DNA of 64,000 nucleotides from an uncultured Solirubrobacteraceae bacterium (GTDB lineage Bacteria; Actinomycetota; Thermoleophilia; Solirubrobacterales; Solirubrobacteraceae), in NCBI GenBank assembly GCA_964588985.1, contig CAZPQW010000019.1, positions 4,632-68,631 of the forward strand, given 5' to 3'. A program made the position numbers and the translations under genes. Under the pieces are notes generated by a model. It had not been told where the DNA came from, did no database searches, and was given only the letters and a program-made list of their open reading frames with translations. This document shows, in pieces, positions 10,881-19,148 of the stretch (positions are counted from its first letter, which is position 1; every line of letters starts with the position of its first letter).

Positions 10881-12287
10881 CTACGCCGCGGAGGCTTCGC
10901 GCTCGAGATCGAACGGAGCGCTCGCCAGTGCAGCCTCGCGCCGGCGGGGCGCGGGCGCCTCCTCGGCGTCGCGCTCCATGTCGAACGGCACGGGGCCCGT
11001 GCGCTCGCGCTCGCGCCCGTATGAGCGCTCGCGCACGATCCGCGCCAGTTCCGCGTGTTCGCTGTTCGGGTCCTCCACCGGCTGCGCCGGCTCCGCGGAG
11101 GGCGAGAGGATCGCGGCCGGGTCCAGTCCGAGCCGGCGGGCGGCGTCGCCAAGCACGCTCGCCGCCATCTCCAGGTCCGAGGCTGTGTGCGAGGCCATCG
11201 TCGTCAGGCGCAGGCGCGAGGTGCCCGCTGCAACCGTCGGCGGGCGGATGCCCTGCGCGAACACGCCCTGCTCGATCGCCTCCTGGCACAGACGCATCGT
11301 CTGGCGCTCGTCGCCCACGATCAGCGGCACGATGTGCATGTCAGCCTCCGCCACCGGGAAGCCCTCGGCGGCGAGCGCCCGGCGCAGCGTGCGCGCGTTG
11401 GAGCGCAGCCGCTGCACGCGGTGGGGGCGCTCCTGCAGTAGTTCGAGCGCGGCGAGCGCGCCCGCGATCGCGGGGGGCGGGGGGGCGGTGGAGAAGATCA
11501 GCGAGCGCGAGGAGTTGATCAGGTAGCGCACGATCTCCGTGCTCGCGCACGCGTATGCGCCGTAGGAGCCGAGTGCCTTGCCGAGCGTGCCGACCACCAC
11601 GTCGAACTCGCCCTCCAGGCCCGCCTCGGCCACAGCGCCGCGTCCTTCCGGGCCGAGGTTGCCGATCGCGTGCGCCTCGTCCACCACCGTGCGCGCGCCG
11701 TAACGGCTCGCCAGCGCCGCGATGGGCTCGAGCGGCGCCACGTCGCCGTCCATCGAGAACACCGAGTCGGTCACGATCAGCCGACCGCCGTCTCGGCCGC
11801 CGTGGCGGTGCATGCTCCACTCGAGGTGCTCCACGTCGCGGTGGCGGTACACCACCACCTCCGCGCGCGAGAGCCTGCAGCCGTCGACGATCGACGCGTG
11901 GTTGAGCTCGTCGGAGAAGATCGTGTCGCCGCGGCCGGCTAGCGCGCCGATCACGCCGAGGTTCGCGAGGTAGCCCGAGCCGAACAGCAGACACGCCTCG
12001 CTGCCTTTGAACGACGCAAGGCGCTCCTCCAGGCGACGATGGATCGTCATCGTGCCCGACACCAGCCGAGAGGCGCCAGCGCCCACGCCCCAGCGCATCG
12101 CCGCCTCCGCCGCCGCCTCGCGCACGCGCGGGTGGTCGGCCAATCCGAGGTAGTTGTTCGAGCACAGCAGCAGCACCGGCTTGCCCTCCAGCAGCACCGT
12201 CGGCCCCTGTGGTCCGCTGATCAGTCGCAGACGGCGGCCCAGACCCTGACGCTCCAACTCCGCCACGCGCTCCTCGATCTCGCTCAT
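10881..12287 (-). CDS. bioF: 8-amino-7-oxononanoate synthase with a roughly 90-aa acidic/basic C-terminal extension
   Basis: The alpha-oxoamine synthase pattern NNYLGL...DEAHA.G..G..G...GTLGKALG. The extension carries a duplicated PFD(M/L)ER motif. Confidence 0.9.
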   Translation of the reverse strand: MSEIEERVAELERQGLGRRLRLISGPQGPTVLLEGKPVLLLCSNNYLGLADHPRVREAAAEAAMRWGVGAGASRLVSGTMTIHRRLEERLASFKGSEACLLFGSGYLANLGVIGALAGRGDTIFSDELNHASIVDGCRLSRAEVVVYRHRDVEHLEWSMHRHGGRDGGRLIVTDSVFSMDGDVAPLEPIAALASRYGARTVVDEAHAIGNLGPEGRGAVAEAGLEGEFDVVVGTLGKALGSYGAYACASTEIVRYLINSSRSLIFSTAPPPPAIAGALAALELLQERPHRVQRLRSNARTLRRALAAEGFPVAEADMHIVPLIVGDERQTMRLCQEAIEQGVFAQGIRPPTVAAGTSRLRLTTMASHTASDLEMAASVLGDAARRLGLDPAAILSPSAEPAQPVEDPNSEHAELARIVRERSYGRERERTGPVPFDMERDAEEAPAPRRREAALASAPFDLEREASAA

Positions 12288-12315
12288 CTGCCCTTCCCCT
12301 TGAGTGTGCGCTGCT

Positions 12316-13476
12316 CTAGCCGACCGGAACTCTGTTGGATGCGCCGTCCGGGCGCGGAGGAACGTTGCGCTTTGCGCGGTAGCGCAGCTGCGTGGAGGGG
12401 TCCCACAGGCGCACCTGCAGGTCGACCGCTTCCGCCGTCGTCACATCCGCGAGCAGCTCTTCGACCACGTCGGGCGTCTCGCCAGCCAGCCAGCCGGAGC
12501 GGTTGTCCGGGCGCGGGTTGGCCGCGTTGTCGGGCTGGCGCGCCACGTTCAGGCCCAGCTCCTCGAACATCGCCCTGTCGGTCTCGGGCTCGTTGCCGAG
12601 CGTCGTCAGGAAGTTGCCCATCATGACGCCGTTGATGCCCGCCTGGACCGCCAGTTGCTGCAGCTCGCCGAGGTTCTCCACGCGCCCGCCACACAGACGG
12701 AACAGCGCTTCGGGCAGGATCAGGCGGAAGATCGCGATCCACTTCACCGCCTCCCATGGGTCCATGTACGCGCGGTCGCCGAACTTCGTGCCGGGGCGCG
12801 GGTTGAGCATGTTGATCGGGACGCTCGTCGGGTTGATCTCCGCCAGCTCGAACGCCATCTCCACGCGCTGCTCGCGCGTCTCGCCGAGGTTCAGGATCCC
12901 GCCCACGCAGGTCTCCAGGCCCGCCTCGCGGACCGCCTGGATGGTGCGCAGGCGACCCTCGTAGCGGACGGTGCTCGTCACTTCGTCGTAGTAGCTCGCC
13001 GCGGTCTCCACGTTGTGGTGCACGCGCTGGATGCCCGCCTCGCGCAGCGCCGTCGCGCGCGCCGCTGAGATGTGCCCGACAGACGCGCAGCGCTTGAGGT
13101 TGGTCTGCTCGGAGACGAGCCGCACGCCCTCCAGGTACTTCTCGAAGTCGCGCTTGGACAGGCCCTGGCCCTGCGTGACCATGCAGAAGCGGTGCGCGCC
13201 AGCCGCTTCCGCCGCGCGCGCGTGCTCGAGGATCTGCTCCGGCTCCATCATCGCGTGCATCGGCGTCTCCGCGTCGGCGAAGCGCGACTGCGCGCAGAAG
13301 CCGCAGTCCTCCGCGCAACCGCCCGACTTGGCGTTGACGAGCGAGCACATGTCTGTGGAGTCCGCGAAGCGCTCCACCCGTGCCTGCCACGCGCGCTCGA
13401 TCAGCGCTTCGATCTGCTCGTGGTCCTCGATCTCGCCGAGGCGGACGGCCTCCTCACGGGTGATCAGCGATGGCAT
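12316..13476 (-). CDS. bioB: Biotin synthase (radical SAM)
   Basis: CAEDCGFCAQS CxxxCxxC cluster motif; bio context; extended C-terminus. Confidence 0.9.
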   Translation of the reverse strand: MPSLITREEAVRLGEIEDHEQIEALIERAWQARVERFADSTDMCSLVNAKSGGCAEDCGFCAQSRFADAETPMHAMMEPEQILEHARAAEAAGAHRFCMVTQGQGLSKRDFEKYLEGVRLVSEQTNLKRCASVGHISAARATALREAGIQRVHHNVETAASYYDEVTSTVRYEGRLRTIQAVREAGLETCVGGILNLGETREQRVEMAFELAEINPTSVPINMLNPRPGTKFGDRAYMDPWEAVKWIAIFRLILPEALFRLCGGRVENLGELQQLAVQAGINGVMMGNFLTTLGNEPETDRAMFEELGLNVARQPDNAANPRPDNRSGWLAGETPDVVEELLADVTTAEAVDLQVRLWDPSTQLRYRAKRNVPPRPDGASNRVPVG

Positions 13477-13528
13477 AAACGGAAAGGTATGACCTGCGGC
13501 GGACGGCTATACGCGCGTGCGCGGCGGG

Positions 13529-14329
13529 CTATTCGCCGAGCCAGCGAGCGGGACGGCGCTCGCCGAACGCGCGCATGCCCTCGCGCAGATCCTTCGACGC
13601 GAACGACGCGCGGCGCAGCTCGATCAGCTCCTCCTCCACCGTCGGCTCGAGCTCGCCCTCCGCGCGCAGCAGCTCCGCGATCACGCGCTTGTTGCCGCGC
13701 TGGGAGAGCGGCGCGTTGCCCGCCAGCTCGGCCGCGATGTCGAGGCCCGTCGCCTCCAGCTGCTCGGGCGCCGCCACGCGGTTCACCAGGCCCCACGACA
13801 GCGCCGTGGGCGCGTCGATGTAGCGGCCCAGCAGGAACAGCTCGCGCGTGCGCGCCGCGCCGATCGCGTCGATGAAGCGGCGCAGGCCGGTGTGGGAGTA
13901 CACGAGGCCGAGTTTCGCCGGCGGCATCCCGAGCTTGATTCCGTCCTGCGCCACGCGCATGTCGCACGACAGCGCCAGCTCGAGTCCGCCGCCGATCGTG
14001 TGGCCGGGCAGCACCGCGAGCGTCGGCAGCGGGAACGCCTCGATGGCTTCGATCGCTTCCGTGAACGGGTGCGCTACGAGCTTCTCCGCGCGCTCTTCGA
14101 ACTCCTCGTCCGGGATCTCGCCGATGTCGTAGCCCGCCGAGAACATCCCGTGCGCGCCCGTCACCACCACGCAGCGCGCGCCGGACTTCGCTGCGGACAG
14201 CTCGCCGAGCTTGGCGCTGATCGCGTCGAGGATCGGGTGGTCGAGCGCGTTGCGCTTGGCCGGATTGGAGATCGTCAGGCGGACGACTCCGTCCGCCGGC
14301 TCGTCGACAAGTAGCTCGCCGTCGGGCAC
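13529..14329 (-). CDS. Enoyl-CoA hydratase/isomerase (crotonase) family protein
   Basis: Crotonase-fold pattern (RNALD..., GAHGMFSAGYDI, GGGLELALSCD). The GTG start shares one nucleotide with the upstream stop. Confidence 0.85.
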   Translation of the reverse strand: MPDGELLVDEPADGVVRLTISNPAKRNALDHPILDAISAKLGELSAAKSGARCVVVTGAHGMFSAGYDIGEIPDEEFEERAEKLVAHPFTEAIEAIEAFPLPTLAVLPGHTIGGGLELALSCDMRVAQDGIKLGMPPAKLGLVYSHTGLRRFIDAIGAARTRELFLLGRYIDAPTALSWGLVNRVAAPEQLEATGLDIAAELAGNAPLSQRGNKRVIAELLRAEGELEPTVEEELIELRRASFASKDLREGMRAFGERRPARWLGE

Positions 14330-14541
14330 TACTCGAGCACCACCAGCGTGTCTCCCTCGTTGACCGCCTGGCCCTCCTGGCAGAGGATCTCCTTCACCGT
14401 GCCGGCGTCCTCAGCCTCCACGGGCATCTCCATCTTCATCGACTCGAGGATCGCGACCGTGTCGCCCTCCTCGATGGTGTCGCCCACCGCGCACTCGATT
14501 TTCCATACCGTGCCGGTGATATGAGCCTCAACGTCAGTCAT
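14329..14541 (-). CDS. Stand-alone biotinyl/lipoyl carrier domain protein (BCCP-like)
   Basis: ILESMKMEMPVEA biotinylation motif. Start set at ATG 14541, which has ggagga upstream. Confidence 0.8.
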   Translation of the reverse strand: MTDVEAHITGTVWKIECAVGDTIEEGDTVAILESMKMEMPVEAEDAGTVKEILCQEGQAVNEGDTLVVLE

Positions 14542-14576
14542 TCCATCCTCCGTCCGCCGGTCGTCTGCACAGGCTC

Positions 14577-15305
14577 GTGACAATAGATAGGCCAGCCGAC
14601 CGATCGCCGCGCGGGCCCGTGGCGATCGTCGTCGCCGCTCACGACGAGGGGGACCGCATCGCCGCCACGCTCGCAGCGCTCGCGCACGCGTTTCCCGGCG
14701 CGCCTGTGTGGGTCGCCGACGACGGCTCCAGCGACGCCACCGCTCAGATCGCTAGCGAGAACGGGGCGCACGTGGTGCGCAGCGAGCGCGTGATCGGCAA
14801 GGGAGGGGCCATGAGCGAAGCCGCGCGCGCCGCCCTCACACAGGCCGCTGAGAGTCACGACGTGAACAGAGATAAATCGATATTCCTTCTCTGCGACGGT
14901 GATCTCGCCGACTCCGCACGCGAGCTGGGCGCTCTGGTGGATACGGTCGCGTGCGGCGACGCGGACGTGGCGGTCGCGGCTTTCGCCACGCGCGTCGGGG
15001 GAGGATTGGGAGTTGCGAAGGGCTTCGCCCGCTGGGCGATCCTCAGGTGCTGCGGCCTGCACACGAACGCGCCGATCTCCGGGCAGCGGGCGCTCACCGC
15101 GCGGGCGCTCGAGGACGTGCTGCCGTTCGCGTACGGCTACGGGATGGAGATCGGGATCACCGTCGACGCGGTTCGCGCGGGGCACCGTCTGGTGGAGGTC
15201 GAGCTCGATCTCGCCCACCGCGCGAGCGGCCGCACGCTCGCCGGGTTCCTGCACCGCGCGCGCCAGCTCGTCGACTTCGTGCTGGTCTACCGCGCGCGCG
15301 GGTAA
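14577..15305 (+). CDS. Glycosyltransferase family 2
   Basis: VAIVVAAHDEGDRI...VADDGSSDAT (GT-A DxD region). Start 14577 (GTG) or 14619. Confidence 0.75.
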   Translation: MTIDRPADRSPRGPVAIVVAAHDEGDRIAATLAALAHAFPGAPVWVADDGSSDATAQIASENGAHVVRSERVIGKGGAMSEAARAALTQAAESHDVNRDKSIFLLCDGDLADSARELGALVDTVACGDADVAVAAFATRVGGGLGVAKGFARWAILRCCGLHTNAPISGQRALTARALEDVLPFAYGYGMEIGITVDAVRAGHRLVEVELDLAHRASGRTLAGFLHRARQLVDFVLVYRARG

Positions 15306-15317
15306 TCTCCACTTGAC

Positions 15318-16094
15318 ATGAGCGATCTCGCCCCGATGCGCGAGCAGGTGTACTCCGACCCCCGGCCGAAGGAGTACTTCGATCGCTTCCACAAGCGCTC
15401 GCGCGAGCGCGAACCGGACTGGGTGTACGAGCTCGTCCGCGTCGTCACCTCGCTCTACGGCTACATCTTCCTGCGCACGCGCGCGATCTCCACCGAGAAG
15501 GTGCCCGGCGCCGGCCCCGTGATCCTCGCGCCCAACCACTTCTCGTTCATGGACCACTTCCTCATGGGCTGCTACATCCGGCGCAAGGTGCGCTTCATGG
15601 CCAAGTCGCAGCTGTTCAAACGCCCGATGCAGTTCATCTACACCCACGGCGGCGTGTTCCCCGTGCGCCGCGGAGCACGCGACGAGGAGACGTTCATCAC
15701 CGCCGAGAGCGTGCTCGCGCGCGGCGGCGCGATCACCATGTACTGCGAGGGCGGGCGCTCGCGCACCGGCAAACTCGCCACCGAGGCCAAGCGTGGCATC
15801 GGGCGCCTCGCCCTGGAGACCGGCGCGCCGGTCGTGCCGATCGCGATCCACGGCTCCTCGCGGATCCGCAACTGGAAGCGCCTGCAGTTCCCCAAGGTGA
15901 CCGTCCAGTACGGCGATCCCATCCGCTGGGAGCCGATCGAGAACCCCACCCGCGAGCAGCAGCAGGCGGTCGCCGACCAGATCCTCGTCGAGATCCGTGC
16001 CCTCTACGCGGGTCTCGACGAACACGGCCGCAAGGGCATCCTCAGACGCGTGCGCGAACAGCGGCGCGCGCCCAACGGCGCCGCGGTCGCCTGA
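15318..16094 (+). CDS. 1-acyl-sn-glycerol-3-phosphate acyltransferase family
   Basis: HX4D motif NHFSFMD and CEGGRSRTG. Confidence 0.85.
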   Translation: MSDLAPMREQVYSDPRPKEYFDRFHKRSREREPDWVYELVRVVTSLYGYIFLRTRAISTEKVPGAGPVILAPNHFSFMDHFLMGCYIRRKVRFMAKSQLFKRPMQFIYTHGGVFPVRRGARDEETFITAESVLARGGAITMYCEGGRSRTGKLATEAKRGIGRLALETGAPVVPIAIHGSSRIRNWKRLQFPKVTVQYGDPIRWEPIENPTREQQQAVADQILVEIRALYAGLDEHGRKGILRRVREQRRAPNGAAVA

Positions 16095-16101
16095 GTCGGC
16101 G

Positions 16102-16812
16102 ATGAGCGCTCGAATCGACGTCGGCGCGCTCGTCGGCCGCGTGTTCAGGATCTACGTCGATCAGGCATCTGTGCTGATGCCGGCCGCGGCGGTGGTGTTC
16201 GTCTTCACGGGCATCCTCTCGAGCGTGCTGCGCACGGGGGGCACCGGAGCCGGCCTGCTGGCCGAGCTCATCGCCCTCGTCGCGGGGATGCTGTTCACCG
16301 GCATGGTCGTCGAGCTCGTCGACGACGTCCAGGACGGCCGGCTCGACTCCGGCCCCGGACAGCTGCTGCGGGCCGTCACGCCCGTGCTCGGCCAGCTGAT
16401 CCTCGTCTCGCTCGTTGTAGGCCTCACCGTTCTGCTCGGCTTCATCCTGTTCATCGTCCCCGGCCTCGTGCTGCTCACCATCTGGGCGGTCGTCGTGCCC
16501 GTAATCGTGCTCGAGCGCCCGCCCGGCCTGCAGGCGCTCGCACGCAGTCGCGATCTCGTCCGCGGAAACGGCTGGCAAGTGTTCGTGGTGATCCTCCTGC
16601 TCGACTTCCTCGTACTGATCCTCGGCGGCCTCGTCGACTTCGGCGCGGACTCATCCAGCACCGCGTTGGGGATCGTCGTCACCGTCGTCGTCGGGATCCT
16701 CACAGCTCCGATCCCCGCGCTCGCGTCGGCCGTTCTTTACTTCGACCTGCGCCGCCTGTCGGGTGGGGCGAGCGGTGGCGCGGCTGGGCCCGCGGGCCTG
16801 GGCCTCGACTGA
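16102..16812 (+). CDS. Polytopic membrane protein, unknown function
   Basis: Several hydrophobic helices. ATG 16102 lies just after the upstream stop, and the 35 upstream codons overlap the acyltransferase gene. Confidence 0.6.
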   Translation: MSARIDVGALVGRVFRIYVDQASVLMPAAAVVFVFTGILSSVLRTGGTGAGLLAELIALVAGMLFTGMVVELVDDVQDGRLDSGPGQLLRAVTPVLGQLILVSLVVGLTVLLGFILFIVPGLVLLTIWAVVVPVIVLERPPGLQALARSRDLVRGNGWQVFVVILLLDFLVLILGGLVDFGADSSSTALGIVVTVVVGILTAPIPALASAVLYFDLRRLSGGASGGAAGPAGLGLD

Positions 16813-16817
16813 GCAGC

Positions 16818-17462
16818 ATGGCCGCCACTCACGCTTCAGGGTTGCTGCGCGCCGACCTCCTCGACGGGGTTGGGGTTGCGCTTGCGCATGCGGGCTCCGA
16901 GTCGGCCGCGGCCGATGGTGGTGCGATCACGCAGGCTGTTCAGGCGGGTTGTGGAGCGCTGGGAGCGTGGGTCTTGGATCTACCGCTCAGCGACGGCGAT
17001 GGCGCCCTGCTCGGAGAGGACGCGATCGACGCGGCGGTCGAGGGCTTGCTCGGGGAGGGTGAGAGCGTCGAGATGCTCGTCGTGGATGGGGCCGGTCTGT
17101 ACGCGGCGGGCATCGGCAGGGCGGCGCTCGTGGAGAGCATGCAGGCCTGCTGGAGCGTCAGCCGGGCGGTGGTCAATCGTGCGTTCATTGCGGAGACGTC
17201 AGACCCGCCGCCGCGGCGGATCGTCTACGTAGCTCCTGCCCCGGGCGCTGGTGAGCACGCGGACGCTGCGCGTGCCGGCCTCGAGAACCTCGCTCGCACG
17301 CTGTCGATCGAGTGGTCGCGGCATGGGATCACGCCTGTCGCGCTAGCTCCCGGCGAGGACACCGCCGCGGACGAGGTGGCGGCGCTCGTCGCCTACCTCG
17401 CCTCGCCCGCGGGGGCCTACTTCTCGGGCTGCCTGCTGGATCTCAGGGGCCCGAACTCCTAA
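16818..17462 (+). CDS. SDR-fold-like protein lacking canonical motifs
   Basis: C-terminal half resembles an SDR (LARTLSIEWSRHGI, LVAYLASPAGAYFSG), but no TGxxxGxG or YxxxK could be found. Confidence 0.5.
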   Translation: MAATHASGLLRADLLDGVGVALAHAGSESAAADGGAITQAVQAGCGALGAWVLDLPLSDGDGALLGEDAIDAAVEGLLGEGESVEMLVVDGAGLYAAGIGRAALVESMQACWSVSRAVVNRAFIAETSDPPPRRIVYVAPAPGAGEHADAARAGLENLARTLSIEWSRHGITPVALAPGEDTAADEVAALVAYLASPAGAYFSGCLLDLRGPNS

Positions 17463-17469
17463 CTTCGAC

Positions 17470-18297
17470 TCAGCCGCTCATCCCGCCGAACAGGCCGCCG
17501 GTGATGTGCAGCGTCTGGCCGTGCACGTAGTTCGACCACGGCGAGCACAGGAAGAACACGCCGCCGGCTGCCTCTTCGGGTGTGGCAGGACGGCCGAGCG
17601 GGATCAGCATCGAGGCCATCTGACGCATCTGCTCGGGGATGCCGAGCTGGATCTTCTCGCCGTCGACCTCCATGGTGTTCTCGTCCACCTTCGCCTGCGT
17701 GAGGCGCGTGTCGATGAAGCCGAACGCGACGGCGTTGACGTTGACCTTGAACTGGCCCCACTCCTTCGCCACCGTTTTCGTCAGGCCCACCACGGCGGCC
17801 TTGCCCGCCGAGTAGTTCGCCTGGCCGGCGTTTCCGAACGTGCCCGATGTCGAGGACACGTTGACGATCTTGCGGAACACCTCCTGGCCTTCCTCGCGCT
17901 CCTTCTTGGCCGGCTCGCGCAGGTAGGGGGCGGCGGCGCGGATCACGCGGAACGGCACCACCGTGTGGATGTCGAGCATCGCCTGGAAGTGCTCGTCGGT
18001 CATCTTGTGCACCGGAGCGTCCAGGGTGTAGCCGGCGTTGTTGACGATGATGTCGATCTTGCCGAACGAGTCGATCGCCTTCGCCACCAGCTGGTCGGCC
18101 GCGCCGGGCTTCGTCAGGTCGCCCGCGAACACCGCGGTCTCGCCCTGGATCTCGCCGGAGGCCTGCTCGGCGATGTCGCCGTCGAGGTCGTTGATCAGAA
18201 CCTGGGCGCCCTGCGAGACGAGCAGCTCCGCGGTCGCGCGTCCGATCCCGCGGGCCGAGCCCGTCACGATCGCCGACTTTCCGTCGAGTACTCCCAT
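17470..18297 (-). CDS. SDR family oxidoreductase (FabG-like)
   Basis: GKSAIVTGSARGIGRA, NNAG, YSAGKAAVVG (YxxxK). Confidence 0.9.
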   Translation of the reverse strand: MGVLDGKSAIVTGSARGIGRATAELLVSQGAQVLINDLDGDIAEQASGEIQGETAVFAGDLTKPGAADQLVAKAIDSFGKIDIIVNNAGYTLDAPVHKMTDEHFQAMLDIHTVVPFRVIRAAAPYLREPAKKEREEGQEVFRKIVNVSSTSGTFGNAGQANYSAGKAAVVGLTKTVAKEWGQFKVNVNAVAFGFIDTRLTQAKVDENTMEVDGEKIQLGIPEQMRQMASMLIPLGRPATPEEAAGGVFFLCSPWSNYVHGQTLHITGGLFGGMSG

Positions 18298-18395
18298 AGC
18301 TGTTGCTTCTCCTTGTTGGTCGGGGAGGGGAAGTTATATAGGGCTGCGTGGAGTGGCTGGTGGGGGCGCCGAGGGGGCGTGGCGGGTCAGGCTGT

Positions 18396-18692
18396 CTACA
18401 GCTTGGGACGCTTGACTTGTTCGGATGCCGCTAGGTCCACCTGAGGGCCGGAGCCGGTTCTGATCCAGCCGGCAAGCTCCTCTCGGGCGCGGCGCGCTTT
18501 GCGGTCCTGGTCGGGCAGTTGAGAACGCTCGCGGGCGGTCTCCAACGAAGCGCGCACGTCCTTGTCGGCGATCGTCGTGCCTGTCGCTGCAACCACAGGG
18601 CCGTTGGGGCCGTCGATCACGCGCGGGTGCTTATCGTGCGGCGATGGCTCCACGTGGCCGGAGATCTTGGTGGGGTCAGCCGGCGGCTTCAT
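18396..18692 (-). CDS. Hypothetical protein
   Basis: ORF only; no recognisable motif. Confidence 0.35.
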   Translation of the reverse strand: MKPPADPTKISGHVEPSPHDKHPRVIDGPNGPVVAATGTTIADKDVRASLETARERSQLPDQDRKARRAREELAGWIRTGSGPQVDLAASEQVKRPKL

Positions 18693-18748
18693 TACACGAG
18701 GCTACCCGACCGAAAAGTGACTGTGTTTCTGTGATCCTGTGAGGCATT

Positions 18749-18988
18749 GTGACCAACATCATCGTCTCCGTTCCCGACGATGTCTACCGCGCCGCGCATA
18801 CCCGCGCGGCGGAACGGGGCAGCTCCGTCAGCGCGCTCGTGGCGGAGTACCTGAGGTCGCTGTCGGGGCTGGATGTCGAGGTCGCGAGGCTGGAGGCTCA
18901 GCAGCGATGCATCCAGGGCCAGGTCGGTCGGTTTAGTGCCCGCGACCGGGTCGATCGCGAGGAGCTGCACGGGCGTGCAGTTCGTTGA
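18749..18988 (+). CDS. Ribbon-helix-helix (CopG/VapB-like) antitoxin
   Basis: N-terminal IIVSVPDDVYRAAHTRAAERGSSVSALVAEYL is a typical RHH. It is followed by a PIN-like start, VQFVDTDV, that then decays. Confidence 0.6.
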   Translation: MTNIIVSVPDDVYRAAHTRAAERGSSVSALVAEYLRSLSGLDVEVARLEAQQRCIQGQVGRFSARDRVDREELHGRAVR

Positions 18989-19085
18989 CACTGATGTTCG
19001 GCGAGAGGGCGTCCAATCGGCTTGGACTACGGCGAGCTCGGGCGCATCCTGCACTCGATGGAGCGCGCTGGAGCATCCACGTATT

Positions 19086-19145
19086 TGTTCGGTGCAATTA
19101 GTTTGCCATCAACCGCACATTTAGAAATGTGTTCGGTACAATTAG
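19086..19145 (+). repeat. Two 16-nt direct repeats (tgttcggtGcaattag / tgttcggtAcaattag) upstream of fic
   Basis: Copies at 19086-19101 and 19130-19145, 15/16 identical, with starts 44 nt apart. The second contains tacaat ending 7 nt before ATG 19149. Confidence 0.5.
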
Positions 19146-19148
19146 ATC

